NCBI RefSeq assembly: GCF_004010195.1
Contig: NC_057711.1
Coordinates: 82,836,046 to 82,860,226 of the forward strand
Length of the DNA stretch: 24,181 bases
Reading direction: 5' to 3'
Source: Chiloscyllium plagiosum
Lineage: Eukaryota
The stretch's first letter is position 1; every line of letters starts with the position of its first letter. A program made the position numbers and the translations under genes. The notes under the pieces were generated by a model, which was given only the letters and a program-made list of their open reading frames with translations, was not told the DNA's origin and ran no database searches. Below are positions 1 through 10,440 of the stretch, piece by piece.

Positions 1-1247
1 GAGTATTTTGCATCAATGTTTAATTTGGAGAATGACTTGGGAGGTAGAGGATGTGGAGAAATAGACGATGATATGTTGAAAAATGTCCATATTACAGAGG
101 AGGAGGTGCTGGATTTCTTGAAATGCGTAAAAGTAGATAAATTCCCAGGACCTGATCAGGTGTACCCTAGAACTATGTCGGAAGCGAGGGAAGTGATTGC
201 TGGGTGCCTTGCTGAGATGTTTGTCTCATCAGTAGTCACAGGTAATGTGCCGGAAGACTGGAAGGTGGCTAACATGGTATTTAAGAAAGTTGGTAAGGAA
301 AAGCCAGGGAACTATAGACCGGTGAGCCTGACATCGATGGTGGGCAGGTTGTTGGAGAAATCCTGAGGGACAGGATTTACATGTATTTGGAAAGGCAAGG
401 ACTGATTAGGGATAGTCAGCATGGCTTTGTGTGGAGGAGGTCATGTCTCATGAATTCAATTGAGTATTTTGAAGAACTATCAAAGAGGATTGATGAGGGC
501 AGAGCAGTAGACATGATCTATATGGACTTCACTAAGGCGTTTGACAAGGTTTCTCATGGGAGATTGGTTAGCAAGGTTAGATCTCATGGAATACAGGGAA
601 AACTAGCCATTTGGATACAGAACTGGCTCGAAGGTAGAAGACAGAGGGTGTTGTTGGAGAGTTGCTTTTCAGACTGGAGGCTTGTGACCAGTGGTGCATC
701 ACAAGAATCTGTGCTGGGTCCACTGCTTTTCGTCATTTATATAAATGATTTGGTTGTGAACGTAGGAGGTATAGTTAGTAAGTTTACAGAAGACACCAAA
801 ATTGGAAATGTAGTGGACAGCGAAGAAGTCTACCTCAGATTACAACAGGATCTTGATCAGATGGGCCAATGTACTGAGGGGTGGCAGATGGAGTTTAATT
901 TAGATAAATGCGAGGTGCTGCATTTTGAAAAAGCAAACCTTAGCAGGACTTATACACTTAATGGTGAGGTCCTAGAGAGTGTTGCTGAACAAAGAGACCT
1001 TGGAGTGCAAGTTCATAGTTCCTTCAGAGTAAAGTCATAGGTGTAAGGTTAGTGAGAAAGGCATCGGGATGCTTTTCTTTATTGTTCAGAGCATTGAGTA
1101 CAGGAGTTGGGAGGTCATGTTGCACCTGCACAGGACATTGGTTCGGCCGCTTTTGGAATATTGCATGCAATTTTGGTCTCTTTCCTTTCGGAAGGATGTT
1201 ATGAAACTTGAAAGCGTTCAGAAAAGATTTACAAGGATATTGCCAGA

Positions 1248-1620
1248 GTTGGAGGATTTGAGCTATAGGGAGAGGTTGAATAGGCTGAGGCTGTTTTCCC
1301 TGGAGCGTCAGAGGCTGAGGGATGACTTTATAGAGGTTTATAAAATCATGAGGGACATGGACAGGATAAACAGACAAGGTCTTTTCCCTGGAGGGGGGGG
1401 GGGGGGGGGGTCCAGAATGAGAGAGCATAGATTTAAGGTTGGAGGATTTGAGCTAATGGGAGAGGTTGAATAGGCTGGGGCTGTTTTCCCTGGAGCATCA
1501 GAGGCTGAGGGATGACCTTATAGAGGTTTATAAAACCATGAGGGGCATGCATAGGATAAATAGACAAGGTCTTTTCCCTGGGGTTGGGAAATCTAGAACT
1601 AGAGGGCATAGGTTCAGAGT
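1248..1620 (+). repeat. Internal tandem duplication (~180-190 bp) within the CR1 ORF2 C-terminus, first copy with an 18-G run
   Basis: gttggaggatttgagcta...gggagaggttgaataggctg...gcatag occurs at 1248 and again at 1438. The G run is at 1393-1410. Confidence 0.9.
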
Positions 1621-1798
1621 GAGAGGGGAAAGATATAAAAAGGACTTAGGGGCAACATTTTCACGCAGAGGGAATGAGCTGCCAAAGGAAGTGGTGGAGG
1701 CTAGTACAATTACAGCATTTAAAAGGCATCTGAATCAGGAGGTTTTAGAGTGATATGGGCCAAATACATGCAAATGAAACTAGATTAGATTAGAATAT

Positions 1799-2116
1799 TA
1801 GATTTTTTAAAAATTAGGTTCCCTACAGTGTGGAAACAAGCCCTTCGGCCCAACAGTCCACACCGATCCTCTGAAGAGTAACCACACATACCCATTGACT
1901 AATACACCTAACACTATGGGCAATTTAGCATGGCCAATTCACCTGACTTGCACATCTTTGGACTGTGGGAGGAATCCGGAGCACCCGGAGGAAACCCACG
2001 CAGACACAGGGAGAATGTGCAAACTCCACACAGACAGTCACCCGAGGCTGGAATCGAACCTGGGATCCTGGTGCTGTGAGGTAGCAGTGCTAACCACTGA
2101 GTCACCTTGCTGCCCC
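1799..2116 (-). mobile_element. HE1/V-SINE-like tRNA-derived SINE inserted in the CR1 3' tail
   Basis: The minus strand has an A-box-like TGACTCAGTGG, a B box GGTTCGATTCC, the V-domain TGCGTGGGTTTCCTCCGGGTGCTCCGG and a CR1-like tail. The CR1 tail resumes at ~2118. Candidate TSD aatat at 1794-1798 and 2118-2122. Confidence 0.9.
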
Positions 2117-2224
2117 AAATATCTGGGTGGCACGGATGAGTTGGACTGAAGGATCTGTTTCCGTGCTGAATATCTCTATGACTCTATGGCTGTAATTTCT
2201 GCAGTATTGTTCTTATCCTAAAAT

Positions 2225-2385
2225 TACAAACCTTCAACAACTTCAGCCATTTTCTTTTGTGCTTGGTATGACTCCAACCAGTGGAGCGGTTTCTCTCATT
2301 CGCATTGACTCAAGATTTTCTCAGGCTCCTCGATCCCACACTTTGTTAAATGTGGCTTTGGTATCAAGAGCAGTCACTCACTGTC
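2225..2385 (-). mobile_element. Old CR1/L2-group LINE RT fragment (inverted relative to the adjacent 3' fragment)
   Basis: The minus strand translates VTALDTKATFNKVWDRGA..., a decayed LDxxxAFDxVWH motif, followed by HWLESY-like and VVEG-like remnants. Confidence 0.65.
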
Positions 2386-2389
2386 ACTG

Positions 2390-3020
2390 AATGATCAATA
2401 GCCTGGGTGTTACCATTGACCAGAAACTGAACCAGCCATGTAAATACTGTTAGTACAACAGCAGGTCAGAGGCTGGGATTTTTGTGGTAAATTGTTCACC
2501 TCTTGACTCCTAAAACCTTGTTCACCAAGACACAAGGAATGTGATGGAATATGCTTCACTAGCACATAAAAGGTTTAACACCATTCAAGACAAAGCCCAC
2601 TTGATTGCACCTGATTTTTCACCTTCAACAGTCACTCCTGCCACTACCAATGAACAGTGGCATGAGTATATGCCATCTATAAGACGCACTGTAGCAACTC
2701 ACTAAAGATCTTTCAGTAGCATTTTCCAAACCTCCAAGCCTAACCACCTAGAAGTACAAGGCCAGCAGAAACATGGAAACACCACCACCTGCAGGTTTTG
2801 CTCCAAACTTTAAGTCATCTTGACTTTGAACCACATTGCTATTCCTTCACTTTTGGGTCAAAATCCTGGAAGTCACTCTCTAACAGCACTTTAGGTGCAT
2901 CTGCACTACATGGACAGTAGTGATTCAACAAGTTTGTTCATCATGAATTTTTAAAGGGCAATTAGGGAAGGGCAATAAATGCTGGTCCAACAGGTAATGC
3001 ACAATCCAATTAATGAATAA
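2390..3020 (+). mobile_element. Old CR1/L2-group LINE 3' fragment with tail
   Basis: LGVTIDQKLN and AGQRLG remnants at 2403-2480. The 3' part resembles 21225-21525 and ends gggcaattagggaagggcaataaatgctgg...aatgaataaa. Confidence 0.65.
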
Positions 3021-3369
3021 AACAATCCCAAACTATTTTAGCAAGCTTTTGTTCACCTTTCCTAATATTTCTTCTTTGGTTCAGTATCCAGATTTTGATT
3101 CCCTTTCTGAAGCAACTACAAATATGCCCAACAATAAAGTCACTATACAACCGAAAAGTTTTGTTGATTTACCCAATGCATTTATAAGCAAACAAAGAAG
3201 CTTCTGAGTGTTCGTTGGTTACATTGGTATTCTCCAAAACAATTTTAATAATGCCATATATAGTAACCATATGTATGTAGTAAATACGCTTTAGTTTTAT
3301 TTTATTATGAAGATCGATTATTTAAAGCTCATAAACAAACAATTATACAAGTTACTTATTATCTTGCAG

Positions 3370-3447
3370 ATTTTCTTGAATTATGCAGATGCTGGCTCAA
3401 AATTTTTATTTGGTGCAACGTACACAGACCACTTTTTTGCATTTAAG
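3370..3447 (+). CDS. SLC28A3: Internal coding exon of a concentrative nucleoside transporter (CNT3-like): IFLNYADAGSKFLFGATYTDHFFAFK
   Basis: Acceptor ttgcAG at 3368-3369 and donor AAG|GTcagt at 3448. The exon is 78 nt, phase 0/0. The peptide matches the vertebrate CNT3 segment TFLEYTDAGASFVFGEKYKDHFFAFK (recalled) and splices in frame to the next exon. Confidence 0.9.
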
Positions 3448-3544
3448 GTCAGTTTAACATATATCTTGGATATTGTGATGCCTCATGATGTTCATGATGT
3501 CTCAATTTAAATGCTAACATTCTAAAAGGCCAAGAAAACACAAT

Positions 3545-4235
3545 AAGTGAGAGCAGGAGTAGACCACATAGCTTGTCAAGCCTGCGCCATATTCATCAAT
3601 TTAATAGGAATGTAGGAACAGGAGTGGGCTATTGAGATCATTGAACCTGCTCCACCATTCGTATACATTGTGGCTAAGTATTCAACTCGATCTATTTTCC
3701 CTCACAATCCTTACATTCCTTGATGATTTCTATCTTTATTAATATGCTCAATGATTAGCTTCCACAATCCTCTGAGGTATAAAATTTTAAAGATTCTCCA
3801 TCCTCAGTGAAGATATTCCTCTTCTTAGTTGTAAATGTTCTACACTTTACTCTGAGATTATATCTCCTGGTTCTCGATTCACCAGCAAGGAGAAACAGGT
3901 TATCTGTGTAACCCTTTCAAAACCTGTATGAGCTTTGTCAGCTTCAAAACTTTAGAGCAAACATGTCCAGTTTTCTAAGTCTCTCCTCATTCAACAATCC
4001 CTGGGATATGTCTAGTGAATTCCATTTCGCTATTGACATCTCCTTGCAACCTCCTCATAACTTACATTCCCACTTAGTGTCATCAATAATTTGGAAATAT
4101 TACAACTGATGCCCATAATCAAATAATTTACTGTATATAGATTGTGAACAGCTGTGACCCAAGTGTTGATCATTGTGGTACCCCACTAGTGACTGCATGG
4201 TATTCTCATACCCATCTGTTTATTTCTATTATAAT
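3545..4235 (-). mobile_element. Old, highly decayed CR1 3' portion
   Basis: Reverse complement of a CR1 tail (taggaacaggagtggg...cctgctccaccattc). The minus strand reads VTSGVPQ*STLGSQLF at ~4146-4195. Confidence 0.6.
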
Positions 4236-4237
4236 AA

Positions 4238-4965
4238 AGGGCCCTGGGGAGTGTTGTAGAGCAAAGAGACCTATGGGTGCAGGTCCACAGTTCCTTGAAA
4301 GTAGAGTCACAGGTGACAGGATGGTGAAGAAGGCATTTGGCACACTTGCCTTCATTGGTCAGAACATTGAGTATAGGAATTAGGATGCATGTTGCAGCTG
4401 TGCAGAAAATTGGCAAGACCTCCTTTAGAATACTGCAAACAATTCTGTTACCCTACTATAGGAAAGATGTTGTTAAATTTGAGAGGGTGCAGAAAAGACA
4501 TACAGGGATGTTGCTGAGATATGAGGGTTTGAGTTATAGGGAGAGGCTGAATATGCGAGAGTTTTATTCCCTGGAGTGTTGGAGGCTGAGGGGTGACCTT
4601 GTAAAGTTTATAAAATAATGAGCATGGATAGGGTGAATAGCCAAAGTCTTTTTATGAGAGGGGGTGGGGGGGAGTCCAAAACTAGAGGGCATAGGTTTAA
4701 AGCAAGAGGGGAAAGACTTAAAAGGGACCTGACTTTTTCATGCAGAGGGTGGTGCATGTATGAACGAGCTACCAGAAGAGGTGGTGGAGGCGAATACAAT
4801 TGCAACGTTTATTATGCATCTGAATGGGTATATGAGTAGGAGGGATTTAGAGGATTATGGGCCGAATGGTGGCAAATGCGACTAGATCAGATTGGGATGT
4901 TTGGTTGCCGTGGACGAGTTGCATCAAAGGGTCTGTTTCGGTGCTGTATAATTCTGTGACCCTAT
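4238..4965 (+). mobile_element. 5'-truncated CR1/HER1-like LINE 3' end
   Basis: VKKAFGTLAFIGQNIEYR, YRKDVVKFERVQKR, RLRGDL and KTRGHRFK remnants, with a tail similar to 2123-2188. Confidence 0.9.
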
Positions 4966-4966
4966 A

Positions 4967-5086
4967 GTGGATACTGGAGATCTGAAATAAAATCGAAGTT
5001 CTGAAGAAGCTCAGTGGGTTTGGCAGCATCGATATAGCATAAAACAGGGTTAACATTTTGAGTCTGATACATCTCTTCATTGGAAT
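4967..5086 (-). mobile_element. Old Penelope-like terminal fragment with decayed hammerhead-like motif
   Basis: Same layout as 19716-19845 (gatactggagatc...ggcagcatc...aacattttgagtc...ctcttcattggaat), but more diverged. Confidence 0.55.
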
Positions 5087-5269
5087 ACGTTTACAATACT
5101 TAATGTTTGGCACTGTAGTGAAATTGAATATCTGCCAGAAATACTTAGCAATCCAACTTTCGACACTGAGAAATTGAAATAAATTAGTATTAATAAAGAT
5201 CCAGTACTCAAAATTGTATTGGGTCGAAAGTTGATAAACCCTCTAAACCAAATGAACTACATCCCAAGT

Positions 5270-6200
5270 GTTGACGAAACTGGAACATGTTTATTACTAG
5301 TCTTGACTTTCTGTCTTATAGCTGTTTCTCAATCCAAGCAAGTTTATTACCCCATTCCACATTCACTTATTGCATCCTTTATAATATATGCTTTTATTTT
5401 CCCTATTACTGACATTAAAATAAAAGGTTGTAGTTCTTCATGCTAACCATCCATCCCTAATTAAATAGTGGTGTTACATTTGTAAATATCCAGTTAGCAG
5501 GGATGTGTAGAAGTTTGAAAGATAACCACCAACAAATTCACTGTCTACATAGCTAGCTCCTTGAGCACTGTTGGATGCATTTCATTTGGTCCAGGGATTT
5601 ATCAACCTTCAACCTTTTTGTATACCGCCTCTTTTTCAACACTAATTTCTTTTAGCTTTTCAGTCTCATAAGTTTTTAGTCTGTTTTGATTCTCCGATTT
5701 TTTTCTTTGCCAATATTACTGAACTTTTAATCTGTGCCTTCTGTTGTGAAGGCATGAAATATTTGTTCTACATCTCACCATTTTCTCATTGCTTGTGATA
5801 ATTTCTCCTATCTGTTTTTATAGGGGATCAACATTAATGTCTCTCTTCATTGTTATATACTTCTACAAGATCTTACAATTTTTTTTATACTTTTGGCTTG
5901 TTCACTCTTATTCTGTGTTTCTTCCAAACAACGTCTTGGTGGCTTTTTGCTGGTTTTTAAAACATTCCTGACCCTCAGATTTTTGTACCATTCTTTGCAA
6001 AATTATAAGTTTCTTCATTTAAATTAATTCTATCCTTAACCTTCTGAGGGGACCACAGATGGTTTCTTTGTTGCTGTGTTTTTGTTTTTCAGTGCATTTT
6101 TGGAACATTTTGTGCTCTTTTTTCAAATGTTTCCTACAGTTTATTTTCCACAATACCTATTAATCTATTCACCCAATAATTTCTAGCCCAATTCATCGCT
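5270..6200 (-). mobile_element. Old CR1 ORF2 relic, probably the upstream continuation of 3545-4235
   Basis: The minus strand gives WIFTNVTPLFK at ~5460-5495, a DKSLD/PGPD-like remnant at ~5590-5605 and a decayed NY...GK motif at ~5395-5437. Confidence 0.5.
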
Positions 6201-6659
6201 TTTACTCATACAATTTACTATGTTTACATTAAGCATTTATTGTTTTTCAGAGCAGAACTTAAACATTACCATTAAGAGACAAAAGTGAAAACTTTATGTT
6301 TTGCACATTGGACTGACAGATGAACAACCAAACATAGAAAGAGAATGTTGATTTATACAGCATGAGAAGAGGGTTTGACCGTGGTTGACATTGAGATTCA
6401 GCAGGAACAGTTAACTGTAAATATTAGTTAGCTGAAAAAGAAACTCAGAACAGGCAGTTAGATTCTGAATGTTTAGGCTGTTACGATGGGAATACAGCAG
6501 CAAATGGCAGTCTCCTCGACCCTTTTCATAATGAAAACAATTTATGGGCTAATTCCGTTTGCTGACATAAAATGGGGGCTGGTTTGTTAAATCATGTTGC
6601 TTGCAGGCTGTAAAAATATGTCACAGTGCAAGCCTGATTGATATTAGTAAATGGAGAAA

Positions 6660-6977
6660 TGATGAAGGACTTATGCCCGAAACGTCAATTCTCCTGCTCC
6701 TGGAATGCTGCCTGACCTGCTGTGCTTTTCCAGCACAGCAACAATCCATCTTCCGCAACATGTGGAACAATCCATCTTCCGCAACATGTGGAACAATCCA
6801 TCTTCCGCAACTACACTGGCCCCACCCCCCATCTTTTCCTCCGCTACATTGATGACTGTATCGGCGCTACCTCGTGCTCCCACGAGGAGGTTGAACAGTT
6901 CATCCACTACACTAACACCTTCCACCCCAACCTCAAATTCACCTGGACAGTCTCGGACTCCTCCCTCCCCTTCCTTA
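6660..6977 (+). mobile_element. Rearranged Neptune-type Penelope-like fragment: terminal (hammerhead) piece fused to an RT core piece
   Basis: 6660-6736 matches the PLE terminal repeat seen at 7909-7984. It is followed by VEQSIFRNYTGPTPHLFLRYIDDCIG...FHPNLKFT...LPFL, with RYIDD at 6842-6856, typical of PLE RT. Confidence 0.85.
6740..6811 (+). repeat. 26-bp tandem repeat, 2.8 perfect copies (aacaatccatcttccgcaacatgtgg)
   Basis: Units start at 6740, 6766 and 6792. Confidence 0.95.
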
Positions 6978-7567
6978 TGCCTAGTGTTTGTCTTGATCTT
7001 GCACATATCAAGAAAGGGAAACTTCATGCCTCAGAGATCACTAGATAGCAGAAAATCCCTTTAATACTTCAAAGTACTCTTTTGGTATGATCCTAGATAT
7101 TGAATATTGTTAGATATTATTACTGGAGCGAATCATAGATTTACATTTAAATAGTTCCCATTTCTGTCTTTGTTCACTCCTTTCCTCAGCAATATTTTGT
7201 GTTTGATTTTGTCTACTTTCTGTGGTTTTATTTACCCTAATGAAGAAGAGCATATCTTCTCAACATCACAACTATTGATCTCACCCTGCTTGGCTGTTGT
7301 ATGGAACCCCCTACGTGTTAACCCCTTAAAGCCAAATACATAACAATATTGTCAAATTTGATGGAATTTTAATGCATTTACTTTAGGGGAAATTTGGCAT
7401 GTTAATATGCTGCAGTTTTTCTTATCTGCGATGTTTTGTGTTATGTTGCTGAAAATATTACTGATGAAATACTTAGCAGTTGTAGTAAAATCATGCGTAT
7501 ACTTAGGATGAAGAAGATTATGAGTACCACATATGCTTGGTCCAGTTCTTGTTGGATTCATTTGGAT

Positions 7568-8033
7568 ATCAAAGTTGAAACTTTATTGCTGGAACAGCAC
7601 AGCAGGTCAGGCAGCATCCAGGGAACAGGAGATTCGACGTTTCGGGCACAGGCCCTTCTTCAGGAATGAGCAGAGAGTGTTCAGCAGGAGAAGATAAAAG
7701 GTAGGGAGGAGGGACTTGGAGGAGGGGCGTTGGAAATGTGATAGGTGGAAAGAGGTCAAGGTGAGGGTGATAGGTCGGAGTAGGATCCTACTCCGACCTA
7801 TCACCCTCACCTTGACCTCTTTCCACCTATCACATTTCCAACGCCCCTCCTCCAAGTCCCTCCTCCCTACCTTTTATCTTCTCCTGCTGAACACTCTCTG
7901 CTCATTCCTGAAGAAGGGCCTGTGCCCGAAACGTCGAATCTCCTGTTCCCTGGATGCTGCCTGACCTGCTGTGCTGTTCCAGCAATAAAGTTTCAACTTT
8001 GATCTCCAGCATCTGCAGACCTCACTTTCTCCT
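7568..8033. mobile_element. Fold-back Penelope-like 3'-end insertion: perfect 436-bp spacer-less palindrome (7568-8003) plus 30-nt unpaired terminus
   Basis: The arms are exact reverse complements about GGA|TCC at 7785/7786, and ORFs 7607-7855(-) and 7716-7964(+) are identical. The arm sequence matches 17690-17848, which is the 3' region of a GIY-YIG-encoding element. Confidence 0.92.
7904..7939 (+). ncRNA. Minimal type I hammerhead ribozyme motif (mirror copy on - strand at 7632-7667)
   Basis: attc-CTGAAGA-a-GGGC-ctgt-GCCC-GAAA-CG-TC-gaat. It has a CUGANGA/GAAA core, a 4-bp stem II, stem I attc/gaat, a palindromic ACGT stem III and a predicted GUC cleavage site after 7935. Confidence 0.75.
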
Positions 8034-8069
8034 CGTGCTTTTCCAGCACCGTTCTCTCGACTCTGATAT

Positions 8070-9395
8070 TCTTAAATTGGCTTCTGGTGTAATTCTTAGC
8101 ACTGCTCAGGATTATTTAGTAAATGTCTCATAGCAAAATTTCTTCTGTATTAGAAATGGTATTCCAAGGTCTATCTTGAAATATGGGCTGATTGAGCATG
8201 ATTTGTGTGTTCTCTGCCAAGGTCCAAAGGATGTGTTCTTTGACATGATCCATGATTTATTGGGATGTACTGTCCACATATTTGCAAGTGCACTGGAACT
8301 CATTTGTATGAGAGACAAAGCATCATTTTGGCTTTACAGCAACATCCTATTAGTTTGAAAACTCTTGTGTTTATTGCAAAGTTGCAGCATGAGATGGCTA
8401 GCTTCACCTATTATTTAAATTTTTGAGATACATTCCCCTTAGAGGATAATCTGTGGTAGACTAGACATGTTCAGGGCCAAAAGTGGTGGCCATCGGCCCA
8501 TTGGAGTTTGTATGATGTATAATGAATTATAATTTGATAAGGATAGCCTTCTTTACTTGCAAGATAGTTTTGATTCATCTTTTCTCAGCATCAAGATTGC
8601 ATTTAATAGCTAAGGATCTATAAATAAGATGCCAATATGGTTGATTTAATAGCATTAGAACCTTAGGAATTCCAATGTGTTTATTGATTTGTAAAAGTAG
8701 TCTTTCAGTAGTCAGTATCAGAAAACCCACTGATGTATTTCTTAAATAATGCATCAAGGAAATGAAATCCATGGTTACTCCATTTTGACAGCAAATTTGA
8801 ACGTGGGAAGGAACTTATTAAATTGTCTAAAGAATTTGTTTGGTGCGTACACAGTGTCCTTGAAACTAAACTTTACTGCACAAGTTGCCAAGTTCATGAG
8901 TTTGATGAAAACACCAGTGGCACATCTAGATTACCATGATGTAGTGCATAGTGCGAATGTCAATGGCTTCCTTGAATGATACATTGTTGAATAAGCTAGC
9001 AACATCAAAAGAGCACATGGGCATGATATTGTTCTTGTTATATAGTTCTTGTATTGTCTTTGTGAAATTGAAGGAATCCTCCACAGTAGAGAAAACTCAT
9101 TTAAAACTAGTTCCAGGAGTTTGCTGTACCATTTGGGTAGTTCACATTGTGCAGAGGCAGGAATTGATGAAATAGAGTGTAAAGGAACATTGCGTTTGAG
9201 TGTCATTGGCAGACCATGTATGTAAGATCAATAAAAACTTGCATGATATATCACCAAACAAGCTATGACCTTTATTCAAATCCAACAAGGGTCTCTGAAA
9301 TTTGTTGTTGAATGTGGCTGTGCAGTAATTTGTAGTAGCAGATTTTATAGGATTGAACTTGGAATTGTCCTTGATCACAGTGTTCATTTTGTTGA
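8070..9395 (-). mobile_element. Old Poseidon/Penelope-type PLE ORF relic (RT to GIY-YIG region)
   Basis: Minus-strand remnants: VIKDNSKF, KRNVPLHSISS..SAQCELPKW..KLLELVL, STVEDSFNFTKTIQ...MCSFDVASLFNNVSFKEAIDI (PLE RT motif), CNLDAE, TTFGPE and HLLNNPE. Many frameshifts. Confidence 0.75.
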
Positions 9396-9399
9396 TGCG

Positions 9400-10072
9400 T
9401 GATACAGTGAGAGTTCACAGTATGTGTAAGGTTTCAGGGCAATTCCTTCTTGATTGTATATCATTGTGCTGTTGCTGTCTGTCCTACTGGTGGGACAAAA
9501 CAAATCCAGAGGTGATGATGGTAGTGTCTGGGACATTGTTGTTAAACATGAATCCATCAGTGTGACTGTGTCAGGCTGTTGCTTGAATAGTCTGTGAGAC
9601 AGCTCTCCCAATTTTAGTAATAGTCCCCAGATGTTAGTAAGGAGGACTTTGAAGGTTCGACAGGGCTATTGTTGCTGTTGTCATTTCTGGTGCCTGGATC
9701 AGTGCCAGACTATCCATCCGGTTTTATCTCTTTTTTTTGTGATGTTCTACTGGTTGATACAATTGAGTAGCTTGTTCAGTGACCATTTCAGAAGGCAGTT
9801 GACTGTCAATCACATTGCTATGGCTGTAGAGTCACATGTAGAACAAACAGAACAGACCGGATATTCATAGCAGATTTTCTTTCCTGAAGGACACTGGCGA
9901 ACCGAATGGGTATTCTGACAATTGACAGTGGTTTTGCAGTCATCATTAGACTCTTGATTTTCAAATATTTATTGAATTCAAGTTCTGGCATGGCATGATT
10001 CAAACCAAGGTCCCCAAAACATTACCTGAGTTTCTGGATTAATACTCAAGTGATAATACCGCTAGGCGATTG
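9400..10072 (-). mobile_element. Old LINE 5' end: tRNA-like head, leader, then AP-endonuclease N-terminus
   Basis: The minus strand has an A-box-like TCGCCTAGCGG (10059-10069) and a B-box-like GGTTTGAATCA (9996-10006). NIWGLLLKLGELSHRLFKQQPDTVTLMDSCL begins at ~9635 and matches APE motifs N..GL and D...L.E. Confidence 0.6.
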
Positions 10073-10117
10073 TTAGCTTCTGAAAATCTGTCACAGTGTT
10101 GGAGGTTCCACAATATA

Positions 10118-10431
10118 TTAGATTACTTACAGTGTGGAAACAGGCCCTTCAGCCCAACAAGTCCACACCGACCCACCGAAGCGCAACCCACCCAGACCCA
10201 TTCCCCTACATTTACCCCTTCACCTAACACTACGGGCAATTTAGCATGGCCAATTCACTTAACCTGCGCATTTTTGGACTGTGGGAGGAAACTGGAGCAC
10301 CCGGAGGAAACCCACGCAGACACGAGGAGAATGTGCAAACTCCACACGGAGAGTCGCCTGAGGCGGGAATTGAACACGGGTCTCTGGCACTGTGAGGCAG
10401 CAGTGCTAACCACTGTGCCACCGTGCTGCCC
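10118..10431 (-). mobile_element. HE1/V-SINE-like SINE, full length
   Basis: The minus strand begins GGGCAGCACGGTGGCACAGTGGTTAGC (A box), with B-box-like GTTCAATTCC, the V-domain and a CR1-like tail ending TAATCTAA. Confidence 0.92.
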
Positions 10432-10440
10432 AACAGAGCA

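Larger units (their letters stand above)
1..2188 (+). mobile_element. CR1/HER1-like LINE, degenerate ORF2 reverse-transcriptase region plus 3' tail (runs off the window at left; interrupted by a SINE at ~1799-2116)
   Basis: ORFs 16-366, 381-1040, 1069-1473 and 1466-1753 carry PGPD, NYRPVSLTS, QHGF, YMDFTKAFDKV, QESVLGPLLF, and KFTEDTK (decayed FADD). Frameshifts are present. The tail ends in ctctatgactctatg at 2174-2188. Confidence 0.95.
6270..7565 (-). mobile_element. Very old Poseidon/Penelope-type PLE endonuclease and 3' relic, interrupted at 6660-6977
   Basis: The minus strand at ~6540-6655 gives ...YSLQAT*FNKPAPILCQQTE, resembling the LEAxxI....PxLC C-terminus of the GIY-YIG domain and the 17380-17470 region. 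The rest is only weakly recognisable. Confidence 0.35.

Noticed and set aside
1895..2149. Recurrent 60-120 aa ORFs such as GNLAWPIHLTC...CGRKLEHPEETHADT (also 10070-10444 and 10594-10779)
   Set aside because: Translations of SINE copies, not a gene family.
3307..3510. 67-aa ORF as a standalone gene
   Set aside because: Only 3370-3447 is CNT-like and bounded by splice sites. The rest is intron read-through.
6740..6811. Short direct repeats resembling a CRISPR array
   Set aside because: The units are contiguous with no spacers, derive from PLE RT sequence, and lie in a vertebrate context.
7607..7964. Two identical 82-aa ORFs on opposite strands
   Set aside because: A trivial consequence of the palindrome. 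The sequence is non-coding PLE 3' region.
10350..10431. tRNA gene-like sequence (also 2040-2116, 10670-10747 and 9990-10072)
   Set aside because: These are A/B-box heads of retroelements that continue into SINE/LINE bodies, not standalone tRNA genes.
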